A stretch of 64,000 nt of DNA, taken from assembly GCA_021810905.1 (NCBI GenBank), contig JAJZQH010000011.1:4358-68357 (forward strand), read 5' to 3'. Both the position numbers and the translations under genes were made by a program. The notes under the pieces were generated by a model that did not search any database, was not told where the DNA came from, and saw only the letters and a program-made list of their open reading frames with translations. Source of the DNA: a bacterium (GTDB lineage Bacteria; UBA10199; 2-02-FULL-44-16; JAAZCA01). Shown piece by piece: positions 1-9,851 of this stretch (its first letter is position 1; every line of letters starts with the position of its first letter).

Positions 1-2748
1 CGCTTCAAGCGATGAATACGATCCATCCGTGGTTATCTGCCACAGGCCGTTAGCGCCTTTGAGATTGATCATGCCATTCACGCTGGCCAGCGGAACCATG
101 TCGTTGTTGCCAAAGATATGTGGAACGCCTGACAGCCAATCCAGTTCAGTATGGAATTTGATCCCATCCTGCGGAATTATGTACATCCTTCCCTCATCCG
201 TTAGTCCGTCAGGAACTTTCAGCCCAAAGAAAATTTTACCGACCTCATTGAAATCCTGTGGGAGCGGCAGATACGCCCACCCAGGTGCTTGTGCGAGCAG
301 TTCGTTCGATATCAGCTGAGCAATCCACGCATAATGCCCAAGCGATCCTTCGGTTCCATTGCCGTAATCAACTCTCACATTGCCGTCCGAACACACGATA
401 CCGATATCGTTGTAACCGTCGCCATTATAATTGCCTATCGCGGGCCGGCTGTAATTCGAATCATCCGGATTCATCTTCAGATCGTCCGTCCACTGCGCGG
501 AATAATCCAGCACCCAGTCCCAGCCGTGCCACTCGCCCTTGCCTATGAGATTCGTGTTTGTCAGCGCCACGTAGAATTTGCCGTGCTCCTTGTCATACGC
601 CACAAAGTCCGCGCGGCCGTCTGAGTTCATATCCTCTACGTACGGCCAGACCCATTTGCCGCTGATAGGGGTGAAACTTAGCTGCAGGTCCCATGCGCCG
701 TAGTTGTCGCCGCCGCTCCCCTTACTCGACAGATCCACGGACCACTTGCCGTTCTCAAACTTCACAAGGTCCGCGCGACTGTCGCCATCAAAATCGTAGG
801 TCTTTGCGATCTTCGTGCCTGCCGGGAATACTTCTTCGTCCGGGCACGACGGATCGCTGTTTGCACCATCAAATTCCTTGCACACGATCCCCACTCCAAG
901 CTGCCGCAGCGCTACCATCTGCGATGACGTGAGTTGATCGTCGGATGCGAGCTGCGGATACTGGGAATGCATCGTCGCAAGGAATTGATCCACTTGCTGC
1001 AGGGCAACATCTATACGAGGCTGTTTTCCTATATTGCATCCGCTCGTATCCTTCTGCGTCACTCCTGAGCCCACGATGATCTCGCGCATCTTGAGCGGCA
1101 TAAGGTAGCGCTTGTGGCCGAGGATGTTCCTTGCGTAGCTCTGCACCAATGCTGCTGCGCCTCCCACCATGGCCGCCGCGGATGACGTGCCGCCGAACAT
1201 ATCAACGAAGTACGCGTTCGGATCTGTGTTCGGCGGTTTGGGGGAACTCGTGCCGTTCCATGCATAGGGACCGTAAGGATAACCCGTGGTCACCACACCC
1301 TGGCCCCAGGCAAAAGAGTTCACGCGCGTCCCGCAATTGGAGAAAGATATCTTATTTTCGTTTGCGCCTTCGGATGCGCCCACCATTATTGCGCCTGCAT
1401 CGTCCGTGGCCATGTTGTGCGCAAAGGTCCACGAACCTGTGTAGAGGTCCGGGTTATTGAGGTTCATCTGCCCGTTACCGCCGGCTTCAATGACCGTAAC
1501 TCCATATGCCGTAGCTTGCTGGATTGCGTCGTACACATCGGGCCAGAGCTCTACAGGTACACCGCCATATTCACAGGCAGCGTCCCATTCTGGCGTACAA
1601 TTAAGATTTGTGTATTTTCCAGGAAGCCCAACTTCAATAACCCATACTGATCCGGGCTCAAGATCGTTGTCGCTGTCGCTATTGACCTCGTCATGCCCGT
1701 CCGTTGAAATCCTCAAGTCGCCATCAACGCTGCTTGCCATCGATGCCATCAGATAATTTGCCGAGGGCGCAAAACCCGTCACCCCGTGGCCGTTGTCCTT
1801 TGCCATCAATATGCCGCCGACTGCCGTACCATGCGCTATCCATGAATCACAATCAGGAAGTTCTTCTGGAAACCCAGGCGCGCAATCCGGAGCATAGAGA
1901 AAATTACCTCCATTTGCCCAGGCGATCTTTTGCAGCGGCTGAAAATCTGCATGATCGAAATTCATCCCGGATTCATTATCCACCAGATACACATTCTCGC
2001 CGTGCGTTCCTGCGCTCCACGCTGCCAGCGCGTTCAGGCCGCCGCTGTTTGCCTCGTCATACAGATAACCCTGCTGGCCCGTGAGGGACGGCGTTGTGTC
2101 CAGTACACCAGCGGGAATGGGCTTGAACTGAGGATACACATACTTGACACCAGATACTGCCGAGAGCTCGCGCATGATCTTCACGGCCTCGTCCGGGTCG
2201 CCTACGTCTATCGTGTATGAAGAATTCCAATCCGGCATCTTCTGCCCGGAGAGACGCTCCAACCGCGCGCGCTGACGATCCACCTCTGCCTCGGGCGCGC
2301 TAGTCACGCGCTCGATGAGCGCTGCAGGATGCGCATCGAGCACCTGCTGCATGGGCGCCACTGCCGCGTCCTGACCCGTGATGCTAACGAGTTTGTAGAC
2401 CGCTGGCGCCTGCACGGAATCCGCGGAAACGCTCTTCTGCGATGGAGGCGCGAGCTCATCCTTCGTCACTGCGCCCTCTGCCTGCCCTTCGACTTCGCTC
2501 AGGGCACGCAGCCGTACGCCATAGGTTTCATCAAACTTCACCGCGAGTTTTCCGGAAAATGCTTCGGTATATACGAGGTCTTCAAGTTCTGTGAGCTGGC
2601 CGAGATCGGCATCAGGACCCACGGTTGCCGCGCCATCGCTCCCGCCGCTGCCGCCGCAACCGGCATACAAAAAGAGCGCGGCAATTGCACACGCGCTCGC
2701 GAGGATTATTTTTTTTGCTGTACAAACCGATAGCCGTTGGCTCTTCAT
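1..2748 (-). CDS. S8 subtilisin-like serine peptidase lipoprotein with C-terminal FG-GAP/VCBS-like repeats (partial; C-terminus lies beyond the window start)
   Basis: Translating the minus strand by hand from the ATG at 2748 gives an open frame all the way to position 1. It is absent from the ORF track because there is no stop in the window. The N-terminus MKSQRLSVCTAKKIILASACAIAALFLYAGCGG is a lipoprotein signal with an LYAGC lipobox. Subtilase motifs are present: YLVDNESGMNFDHADF (Asp), HGTAVGGIL (His) and GTSSAAAMVGGAAAL (Ser). Downstream are repeated DGD/DGR beta-propeller-like units (YDFDGDSRADLVKF, EDMNSDGRADFVAYD, GNYNGDGYNDIGIV). The RBS AAGGAGG sits 6 nt upstream of the ATG. Confidence 0.75.
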   Translation of the reverse strand, partial: MKSQRLSVCTAKKIILASACAIAALFLYAGCGGSGGSDGAATVGPDADLGQLTELEDLVYTEAFSGKLAVKFDETYGVRLRALSEVEGQAEGAVTKDELAPPSQKSVSADSVQAPAVYKLVSITGQDAAVAPMQQVLDAHPAALIERVTSAPEAEVDRQRARLERLSGQKMPDWNSSYTIDVGDPDEAVKIMRELSAVSGVKYVYPQFKPIPAGVLDTTPSLTGQQGYLYDEANSGGLNALAAWSAGTHGENVYLVDNESGMNFDHADFQPLQKIAWANGGNFLYAPDCAPGFPEELPDCDSWIAHGTAVGGILMAKDNGHGVTGFAPSANYLMASMASSVDGDLRISTDGHDEVNSDSDNDLEPGSVWVIEVGLPGKYTNLNCTPEWDAACEYGGVPVELWPDVYDAIQQATAYGVTVIEAGGNGQMNLNNPDLYTGSWTFAHNMATDDAGAIMVGASEGANENKISFSNCGTRVNSFAWGQGVVTTGYPYGPYAWNGTSSPKPPNTDPNAYFVDMFGGTSSAAAMVGGAAALVQSYARNILGHKRYLMPLKMREIIVGSGVTQKDTSGCNIGKQPRIDVALQQVDQFLATMHSQYPQLASDDQLTSSQMVALRQLGVGIVCKEFDGANSDPSCPDEEVFPAGTKIAKTYDFDGDSRADLVKFENGKWSVDLSSKGSGGDNYGAWDLQLSFTPISGKWVWPYVEDMNSDGRADFVAYDKEHGKFYVALTNTNLIGKGEWHGWDWVLDYSAQWTDDLKMNPDDSNYSRPAIGNYNGDGYNDIGIVCSDGNVRVDYGNGTEGSLGHYAWIAQLISNELLAQAPGWAYLPLPQDFNEVGKIFFGLKVPDGLTDEGRMYIIPQDGIKFHTELDWLSGVPHIFGNNDMVPLASVNGMINLKGANGLWQITTDGSYSSLEA

Positions 2749-2755
2749 GGTGAAC

Positions 2756-2777
2756 CTCCTTATTTCTTAAGGAGTTG
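2756..2777 (-). promoter_or_regulatory. Perfect 7-bp hairpin (CTCCTTA / TAAGGAG) that includes the Shine-Dalgarno sequence of the S8 peptidase gene
   Basis: The sequence cctccttatttcttaaggag contains an inverted repeat whose downstream arm is the AAGGAGG SD of the gene starting at 2748. This is a candidate SD-sequestering structure. Confidence 0.3.
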
Positions 2778-3093
2778 GCTATGTGGTAACATCGCGCGAC
2801 GCACCGCGCAAGCAAAATACCAGCCCGTGTCAAGAATAAATTAAGGGCAACCCTATAGAGTCATTTTCGTCAATAATCTCAAAAAGTTGCGTGATATTTT
2901 AAGTGTCGGATAACGGGGTTATGAGGGGCAAAAGGGACAAGTTAATAGGATCGGCCAGGTTAAGAGTCCAACCACGGTCTTTTCGTCAATGGGCTTTGGA
3001 ATAACTGCTATTGCTCCTGACTCTTTCGCATGGCGCGCGGAACAGAGTGTAGCCAGTAGGATCAAGACGCTTGAATTGCACGCAACCACAACA

Positions 3094-3399
3094 CTAGGTC
3101 ACGTAGCTCAGCAAAAAATCCGTGTATCTGCGCATGATTTCCAGATCGAGATATTCATGGCACGTATGTTCGTCGGACATCCCCGTCGGCAGGATCAGCG
3201 ATTCGATTCCGTGCTGCATGAAGATGTGCGCGTCCGAGCCCGCCCTATTCCTCCGCAACGCAAACAGCAAGCCGGAGAATTTTGCAGCCCGCTCAACGCT
3301 TCGAACGAATTTCGATTCCGGAGAGATATACAGGACTGGATATCCACCAATGATCTTCAGCTGATAATCAGGCAGCAAGACGTCCCCGCGATTCCTCAC
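3094..3399 (-). pseudogene. C-terminal portion of the same M20 peptidase in a different reading frame (frameshifted gene fragment)
   Basis: The ORF encodes ...RRNRAGSDAHIFMQHGIESLILPTGMSDEHTCHEYLDLEIM, the typical M20 C-terminal segment (GxDA...GIP...H...E). It overlaps the upstream M20 ORF by 32 nt, and a C5 homopolymer (gtccccgcg, 3382-3388) sits at the junction. Confidence 0.55.
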
Positions 3400-4228
3400 G
3401 GAATCGCTTTGTCACCCTCTTGACGATCGCTTCCACCTCTGCCAGAAGCTCGCCGAGCCTCTTTTCGGAAAAACTCCGGATCTCCAAACCTGCGTATGCC
3501 TCATCGGGCACGACATTGAGCGCCGAGCCGCCCTTCACGGTACCGATATTCATCGTCGAATCATCGTCGATCCTTCCGGTCGGCATCTCCGACAGAATCG
3601 CTCCCAGCACCTTGATGGCATTTATCCCGTTTTCGGGATCCACCCCGGCGTGCGCTGACCGCCCGACGATCCTGCACGAAAGTTTATGGGACCCCGGAGC
3701 CTGATTGCAAAAACCGTCCCTTTGAGATGAATCGAGCACGAAACAGCGCTTCGCCTTGAGGATACCATAATCAAAATTTCTGGCGCCCTGCATGCCTATC
3801 TCCTCAGCGACGGTAAAGACAAACTCCAGGTCCATCTTCGGTTTGAGTCCTTTTTCACGGATAACTCGGATCAGTTCCAGCAGCATGGCGACGCCTGACT
3901 TACAGTCTGCTCCCAACACCGTTGAACCGTCGGACCTCACGATGCCGCGCTCCACGATCGACCGAACACCCCTTCCTGGCGCGACGGTATCCAGATGGAC
4001 AGCAAAGGCAAGGGGAGCTGCGTTGCATTTGCCCGAGGAAATACGCGCATACAGATTGCCGGCATTGCCGCCAATCGCCGTTCCGGCATCATCTTCCTGC
4101 ACGTCCTCGCAGCTCAGCCCAACCAGCCGCTCCCGCACATAGTCCGCCATCTCCCGCTCATCCAGCGACAGGGAGGCTATGCCCGCCATCTGAACGAACG
4201 AATCCGCCATGACATTGATATTGATCAT
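3368..4228 (-). CDS. M20-family metallopeptidase (peptidase T / ArgE-like), N-terminal and catalytic part; ORF ends prematurely
   Basis: The 286-aa ORF carries M20 motifs HLDTV (His/Asp metal ligands), GADCKSG (bridging Asp) and TVAEEIG (catalytic Glu-Glu). At 286 aa it is too short for the family and lacks the C-terminal His ligand. The start overlaps the upstream gene by ATGA. Confidence 0.7.
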   Translation of the reverse strand: MININVMADSFVQMAGIASLSLDEREMADYVRERLVGLSCEDVQEDDAGTAIGGNAGNLYARISSGKCNAAPLAFAVHLDTVAPGRGVRSIVERGIVRSDGSTVLGADCKSGVAMLLELIRVIREKGLKPKMDLEFVFTVAEEIGMQGARNFDYGILKAKRCFVLDSSQRDGFCNQAPGSHKLSCRIVGRSAHAGVDPENGINAIKVLGAILSEMPTGRIDDDSTMNIGTVKGGSALNVVPDEAYAGLEIRSFSEKRLGELLAEVEAIVKRVTKRFREESRGRLAA

Positions 4229-4527
4229 CTAGCCTCCTTCGCCCACGATACGCGCATTTGGAACGGGTTAGATGCGCCCCATGCCGCCAATAGCCCGGCT
4301 TTCTCTCTTTCCGAATCCAGGCCTATGTACGACACGCCATATGCATCATCAGGTTTTCCGTTTTTATCAAAATCGATCGAGTTAATATTGCCCAACGGCT
4401 TTTCCAAACTAGCATCAGAAACAAAATATTGGGCAAATTGTCGAACATAACAACTGAGGTAATCCTGGAGACAGACCGATTCTGTTCGAGCACACGCGAC
4501 GCGCTTCCTCGCCTGGTATTTATCCAT
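4225..4527 (-). CDS. hypothetical small protein (100 aa), translationally coupled between the receiver and M20 peptidase genes
   Basis: The ORF track entry sits 3 nt after the receiver gene and overlaps the M20 start by 4 nt. No recognisable motifs. Confidence 0.35.
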   Translation of the reverse strand: MDKYQARKRVACARTESVCLQDYLSCYVRQFAQYFVSDASLEKPLGNINSIDFDKNGKPDDAYGVSYIGLDSEREKAGLLAAWGASNPFQMRVSWAKEAR

Positions 4528-4530
4528 GCC

Positions 4531-5025
4531 TCACTGCATCACGAATTTTTTCAGCTCCTCTTCTTCATACGGAATCTGGATGTATCCGTCAGCTCCTAAT
4601 TCCCGGGCCCTCGGCCACGCGTCCTCTTTTTGCATTCCGGACATCATGTAAACTTTGGTAGCAACGCGACGCTCTTTTATGTGGCGCAATAGGTCGTAGC
4701 CGTCCTGAGTGAAATCGCCCAAATTGATGTCAGCTATCACCACGTCGATTCTCTGTCCTTCGAAGATCCTCATGGCATCGCTCACCCCGCAGGCCTCGAA
4801 CACCTGAACTCCGCCAAGCTTTTTGAGCTGAAAGCGCAACGCAATACGCATGAAGTCTTCGTCGTTCACAATCAACACTTTGCGAGCAGCCCCCTCTGCA
4901 GCTTCCTTACGCGCATAAATATCATCATTCCCGTTATTTGCACACATACTTTGGCTCATTTCCTGTAATGACAACAATGTTTTTTCCCGTAGCCACGCAT
5001 AAACATTTTGCTTTTCAGCCTTCAT
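4531..5025 (-). CDS. stand-alone response regulator receiver (CheY-like REC) protein
   Basis: REC signatures are KVLIVNDEDFMR (acidic pocket), DVVIADINLG (phospho-acceptor Asp) and the KVYMMSG / ELGADGYIQIPY C-terminal helix region. There is no output domain. Confidence 0.75.
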   Translation of the reverse strand: MKAEKQNVYAWLREKTLLSLQEMSQSMCANNGNDDIYARKEAAEGAARKVLIVNDEDFMRIALRFQLKKLGGVQVFEACGVSDAMRIFEGQRIDVVIADINLGDFTQDGYDLLRHIKERRVATKVYMMSGMQKEDAWPRARELGADGYIQIPYEEEELKKFVMQ

Positions 5026-5030
5026 ACAAA

Positions 5031-7193
5031 CTATCGCAGAATATCAATAGGCACAAATCCTGCCATGTTTTTTGGCAAGAGCTTGACACCTAGCCTCTTA
5101 CACTTCTTAAGCACAGTCTCATCCTCATAACGGCTTGTTACAAGGACAGCTTCTTTAGCGATACCCAATTTTTCAATCACATCCAATCCGGATAATTTGC
5201 TGCCGAATAATTCATAGTCAAACAGATAAAGTAACGATTGGTGAATCGAGGCCGTTGACACACATTCATGATGCCAATAAAGAAATGCCTCACTATTTGT
5301 GAAATGGACGATGTCATTTTTATGAATGCCCTTATCTACTAATCTCTTTTCCCAAACTCCATGGATAGAGTCATCGTCATCAAGGATAATAATCCGATGC
5401 TGACTCTCGGATATACCGACCGACAGAGACTGTAAAAACCAGTGCGGCGCGGGCTGCTGAGGTAAAGTAATCACCACCCTGGTTCCCTTCCCAATCTCGG
5501 ATTCAATCATGATATTTCCGCCCCACGACCTGATGGTTTCCTTGGCATGGTAAAGACCAAGTCCGGTGCCACTTGTATCGTGTCCTTCTTTCCCATACGT
5601 AGCTCCGCGTTGCATGAGTTTAGGAAGGACTTCTGGCGAAATGCCCTTACCATTATCAGCGACGATAATCGTTATTTGCCGCTCATCATCGGGCAAAGTG
5701 CCAACGGTCATTGAAAGCGTAATAATTCCGCTTTCATTTTCAAACGCATCGATGGAATTGTTTATCAAATTTGACAGAACTCTTTTAAACGCACCTGGTT
5801 GTATCCTTGAAAACATCCCACAAGCTTCGTTGGACAAGTTTGACTCAATTGTAATCCCGGCGAACGCCTTGTATTGAATTCGTTTTTCGGAAACGAGCGA
5901 TTCAATGACCGGTGATAACAAAGTGGTTTCGGACGGCTCATCAGCGGACTGTTTATCTTCAGCTCTTTTTGTTTTTTTAAGCGCAAGCTGGTTCGCAATA
6001 TCATTAATCCGTTGTAGCGCACTACGAATCAGAATGCGCACTTCCTCAGGGACACCCTGCATGCTTTGGATAGCAATATTTAACGCAGCCAAAGGAGACC
6101 GAATATCATGAGCAACCTGTGAAGCAATATGCGCTACCGCCTTATTTTTTTCAGCATCAATCAATCGATTTTGATTCTTATTAAGCCTTACGATCATACC
6201 ATTAAATTGCTCTACAATTTTTGAAATCTCGTCACGCCCTCGCACACTGATGCTCGCAGTGAGATCACCAGTCTCACCCACCCGATCAAGCCCTTCTTCC
6301 AATTTACGCAAACGGCCCACAAGTCTTTTCGTGAGAATGCGAGAAAGGACCCAGCATGCAGACGATAATACGATCAAGATCGATACGATAAAGAGTCGCA
6401 GCTGATTCATTTTATTCAACAGTGATTCGGCGGATATAGTCGCGCTCAGCACATAATAATATCGACCGTTTTCGTCAGTGAGATTTTTATTTTTACATTC
6501 GCAACACTGTTCCATGCTGCCTTGCACAATTTCTCTGAAATGCATCGAATGCTCGTCTCCATACCGAGTTCGCTGTATTTGACCTAGCAATTTATTTGAC
6601 GGAGTAGTGAGGCTTATTGAGCCTATTTCCTTATAAGTCGTCACTGTGTTCGAAAGGGTCTCCTCGATAAAATTCAACATCATGCCAACTTCCACGATGT
6701 ATTTTCCTGATGCCGTCGGCAACATCGTAAATTTTTCAGGTTTTCCAGTTGGCGTCAAAATGATCGGTGTCTGCTCCAGAGGTGAGGCGCCCGTAACAAG
6801 CCCTTCGTAATTCTTACAATAGTCGAATAAATTCGCACGTGTCGATTCAGCAAAACCATTCGAACTCAAGATAAACCGGCCGGTCTTATCGATGATATGA
6901 GCCTCATCGACGTTAGATTCTGAAATCATCCTTATCAGGCCCCGCTGATCCGCGATTTGTCCCGAATTAAGTTTGTCTCTAATAGCGATAGCGGAATTCA
7001 GCATGATCAGATCTGTCAAACGATCGAACTCTCGCAATTCATTTGCAATCGTTTTGACCAGTGATTCGTAATGAGATTTATACTGATTCGTTAAAATAGC
7101 TTCGGCTTTTAAATAAAGACAAAGCAAGGCCAACAGGCCAACGCAGAATGAAGTCACAAAAAGCGATGTGAATATTTTAGTCGAATATCTCAC
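5031..7193 (-). CDS. hybrid sensor histidine kinase (2 TM, periplasmic sensor, HisKA, HATPase_c, C-terminal receiver)
   Basis: The H-box HDIRSPLAALNIAIQ and the G2 box GTGLGLYHAKETIRSWGGNIMIESEIGKGTRVVITLP are present. Transmembrane segments are FTSLFVTSFCVGLLALLCLYL and LFIVSILIVLSSACWVL. The C-terminus IIILDDDDSIHGVW...LFDYELFGSKLSGLDVIEKLG...AVLVTSRYED...LGVKLLPK is a REC domain. The start codon is GTG. GC is low, about 38-42%. Confidence 0.85.
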   Translation of the reverse strand: MRYSTKIFTSLFVTSFCVGLLALLCLYLKAEAILTNQYKSHYESLVKTIANELREFDRLTDLIMLNSAIAIRDKLNSGQIADQRGLIRMISESNVDEAHIIDKTGRFILSSNGFAESTRANLFDYCKNYEGLVTGASPLEQTPIILTPTGKPEKFTMLPTASGKYIVEVGMMLNFIEETLSNTVTTYKEIGSISLTTPSNKLLGQIQRTRYGDEHSMHFREIVQGSMEQCCECKNKNLTDENGRYYYVLSATISAESLLNKMNQLRLFIVSILIVLSSACWVLSRILTKRLVGRLRKLEEGLDRVGETGDLTASISVRGRDEISKIVEQFNGMIVRLNKNQNRLIDAEKNKAVAHIASQVAHDIRSPLAALNIAIQSMQGVPEEVRILIRSALQRINDIANQLALKKTKRAEDKQSADEPSETTLLSPVIESLVSEKRIQYKAFAGITIESNLSNEACGMFSRIQPGAFKRVLSNLINNSIDAFENESGIITLSMTVGTLPDDERQITIIVADNGKGISPEVLPKLMQRGATYGKEGHDTSGTGLGLYHAKETIRSWGGNIMIESEIGKGTRVVITLPQQPAPHWFLQSLSVGISESQHRIIILDDDDSIHGVWEKRLVDKGIHKNDIVHFTNSEAFLYWHHECVSTASIHQSLLYLFDYELFGSKLSGLDVIEKLGIAKEAVLVTSRYEDETVLKKCKRLGVKLLPKNMAGFVPIDILR

Positions 7194-7234
7194 ATTTATT
7201 AACTGTCATGTACTTGTGGGACGTCGCTGGAACG

Positions 7235-8266
7235 CTACTCGTAGATCAACTTCGTGCTCATGGCAATTCCCCACTCAGGTGTGTCATCATTCTGATAAAA
7301 GGCCTTTGTCTGTTTTTCGACAGAGTTCAACAACCATATATATATGCGATATATGATTCTGAGTTGCCATTTATAATCGGGTTTTCTGCGGTAACGGCGC
7401 ATATACGAAAACGGCCAGGCATAGAAAGATTCTATAAAATCATGGTCGCGATCAAATAACTTAGCGGTTTTCGAAATGAGCACCATATTGCGCAATCGCT
7501 GCGCCCGCCATTCCTTGAGGTTATCTGCAACATCGAAATAGATTATTGAGTTCTCAGGCTTAACGATCGGCTGAACGTTCTGGGATCGTATGCGATCGCG
7601 ATTGATAGCAACGAAATAATTGCTGAAATAGGCGTCGTCTGCGACATCGTTTGACGGTAACGTCGGGAAATCCTTGACCCAGGCTGCCATTGATTGTCCG
7701 GAGCACATTTTCGGCGGTGCAGTGGGCTGTCGGTAAGGAAGCGAAAAGATTTGATACAGCAACCATTCTTTCAGCACTTTCAGCAGTGAATGTTTTTTAT
7801 TTTGACAGGCCAATAATCGTTTGGATTTAGCTAAATAATGCGAACCAACAAGCACGGGGCATTCATATTCTTTTGTCTTAGCAATAAGTGCGGACAAATT
7901 TTCACTGATGGATCCAAGTTTAATTTGCACGTCATCATCCAGCAAATGCAGTATATCGCATCGTTCTTTTTTAGCATAATTCAGTATGATATTAATCGCT
8001 TCATTTTTGCTCTGCTGATCGTGTTCTAATAACTCAATCTTCATCTGATCCTGTTCTTTTATAAATAGCTGAATCGTATTTCTTGTCTTCTCATACTCAT
8101 TATCGCGCACTCCGTTCAAACAGATTGCCAGCGAGAGATTCGGATACTCATCGCGAAGATGGTTTATTTCTGTCAGGTAATGGCTTAGCGTCTTGCTAAT
8201 ATAGGCGGAGGACCTTGTTGTCGGCACTCCAATTAATATTTTCTGCTTCCGTATTATATTCTTCAT
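7235..8266 (-). CDS. putative glycosyltransferase (GT-A fold, GT2-like) with DxD motif
   Basis: ILIGVPTTRSSAYISKTL followed by ...DILHLLDDDVQI matches the GT2 N-terminal Rossmann segment and DxD motif. The gene is AT-rich (about 35-40% GC), unlike its surroundings. Confidence 0.45.
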   Translation of the reverse strand: MKNIIRKQKILIGVPTTRSSAYISKTLSHYLTEINHLRDEYPNLSLAICLNGVRDNEYEKTRNTIQLFIKEQDQMKIELLEHDQQSKNEAINIILNYAKKERCDILHLLDDDVQIKLGSISENLSALIAKTKEYECPVLVGSHYLAKSKRLLACQNKKHSLLKVLKEWLLYQIFSLPYRQPTAPPKMCSGQSMAAWVKDFPTLPSNDVADDAYFSNYFVAINRDRIRSQNVQPIVKPENSIIYFDVADNLKEWRAQRLRNMVLISKTAKLFDRDHDFIESFYAWPFSYMRRYRRKPDYKWQLRIIYRIYIWLLNSVEKQTKAFYQNDDTPEWGIAMSTKLIYE

Positions 8267-8531
8267 TATAATTATCTTGAAATGCGACGTGGACGATTAC
8301 TCAATTATTGCTCCATACTCTTTCTGGATTCAATGAATAGCAATAAACGTACCAACACTTAAATCGGCACAAGTATCTAATTTATCGGACTTCTCTCAAA
8401 ATAGTTGCTAACTTTCCGTGTTCGGGATGTTGAAATTCGGAACAGATAGTGTTCGTGAATCGGAATGGATTAAGTGCGCCCTCGGACCGCGCATGCGCCT
8501 CCAGTCGACCTTGCCTATCATTGCAATTGCA

Positions 8532-9830
8532 TTACCTCACCAGAATCTCCACGCGCCTGTTGCGGGCGCGGCCCTCGGTTGTCTTGTTGGAATCAAGAGG
8601 CGCGGTCTCGCCGAGGGATTCGACGTTAATATGAACTGCATCTACGCCTTGCCTTGACATCCTTTCGGCCACCGTCTCAGCGCGGCGTCTTCCAAGCCGT
8701 TCGTTATAAGATGCGGAGCCGATCGAATCCGTATGGCCGCGGACGGTCGCATTCAAATCTTCATCCGAGGCCATCGTCGCGGCTATCTTATCAACCTCTG
8801 AGGCTGCTGCTTCCGAAAGTTGTGAGTCGCCAAAATTGAAGAATATGAGTTCGCTGATCTCTTGATCTATTTTTTCAGCCTTCTCCCGATGAGATTCGCG
8901 CCAGCGGCGGCCGGCGTCGAATGAGATCGATGCGAATGCATGCCAGGACGGCGAGCCGAGCGCGTCCGTAACGCCGCGGCCTCCCCCTGCCTGCAGGGCA
9001 ATGCCGTTCGAAAATCTCTTCTGCACGCCGCCTCGCGCAATGACAGGTGTGGTGATCTCGCGCACGTTTTTCACGACCGTATCGCCTTCCACGTCGGCAA
9101 AAAGATCCCAGGATTTCTTTTGAAGGGGCAGAGTATATTGAACTCCGGCCCCGAAGGTCACTCGATCGTCGTCACTGAGATTCCATGAAGCGCCGGTGAC
9201 GTTGTTTCTCACCTGAGTCTCCGCAGCAATCCGATAGCCCGCGTTTGCAACGATATACACGGGTTTGAAACTCTTATCCGCGATAAGCCGGAATTCGCCG
9301 GTGGGGGCGCTCCATCCCGTGAAGCGGCCGGGATCGCCGGTCGGAAGCGTGAGCCGCGCGAGAAAACCGAGGCCTGCGCTTCCCTTTGCGTCCTTGAAGG
9401 CAAAGGCCTTTGCATCGATGATGAGATCTCCGACGCCGGTTTGCGTGAATCCATTCTGCATGTTCACATTCATGCCGCGCTCGTAAAAGACGACGGGCAC
9501 GGTCAGTCCGAAATCCAGGCGCTCGCCCACGCCGATAGCAGCCGACAAATCTCCCTCTATAACTTTATCGACGATCTTTGCCGCGGCGTTGTTCACCGGA
9601 TTGCCCGCTTCGATGAGCGCGCCCATTCCCTGCAGCGTAAAGCGCGCCGCGGGTTTGAGATGTCCCGGCGTCTGCGTGCCGTAGATGGAGTAGACACCGC
9701 TGCCGTCCGCAGTTGGATGGAACGTCAGTACGTTGAAACCGTCTAGGCCCGTATCCTGAGCCGCCGCACAAAACGGCAGCAGAAAGACCAGGGCGAATAC
9801 GGCTGTGCATAATAATATTGAGACTCGCAT
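8532..9830 (-). CDS. OmpA-family outer-membrane protein (N-terminal beta-barrel region plus C-terminal OmpA-like peptidoglycan-binding domain)
   Basis: The C-terminus TVRGHTDSIGSASYNERLGRRRAETVAERM...NVESLGETAPLDSNKTTEGRARNRRVEILV is the OmpA_C-like motif. I placed the start at the internal ATG 9830 (MRVSILLCTAVFALVFLLPFCAAAQ signal peptide) rather than the ORF-track start at 9902. Confidence 0.8.
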   Translation of the reverse strand: MRVSILLCTAVFALVFLLPFCAAAQDTGLDGFNVLTFHPTADGSGVYSIYGTQTPGHLKPAARFTLQGMGALIEAGNPVNNAAAKIVDKVIEGDLSAAIGVGERLDFGLTVPVVFYERGMNVNMQNGFTQTGVGDLIIDAKAFAFKDAKGSAGLGFLARLTLPTGDPGRFTGWSAPTGEFRLIADKSFKPVYIVANAGYRIAAETQVRNNVTGASWNLSDDDRVTFGAGVQYTLPLQKKSWDLFADVEGDTVVKNVREITTPVIARGGVQKRFSNGIALQAGGGRGVTDALGSPSWHAFASISFDAGRRWRESHREKAEKIDQEISELIFFNFGDSQLSEAAASEVDKIAATMASDEDLNATVRGHTDSIGSASYNERLGRRRAETVAERMSRQGVDAVHINVESLGETAPLDSNKTTEGRARNRRVEILVR

Positions 9831-9851
9831 AAGCAATAAACACTGAGTTTT

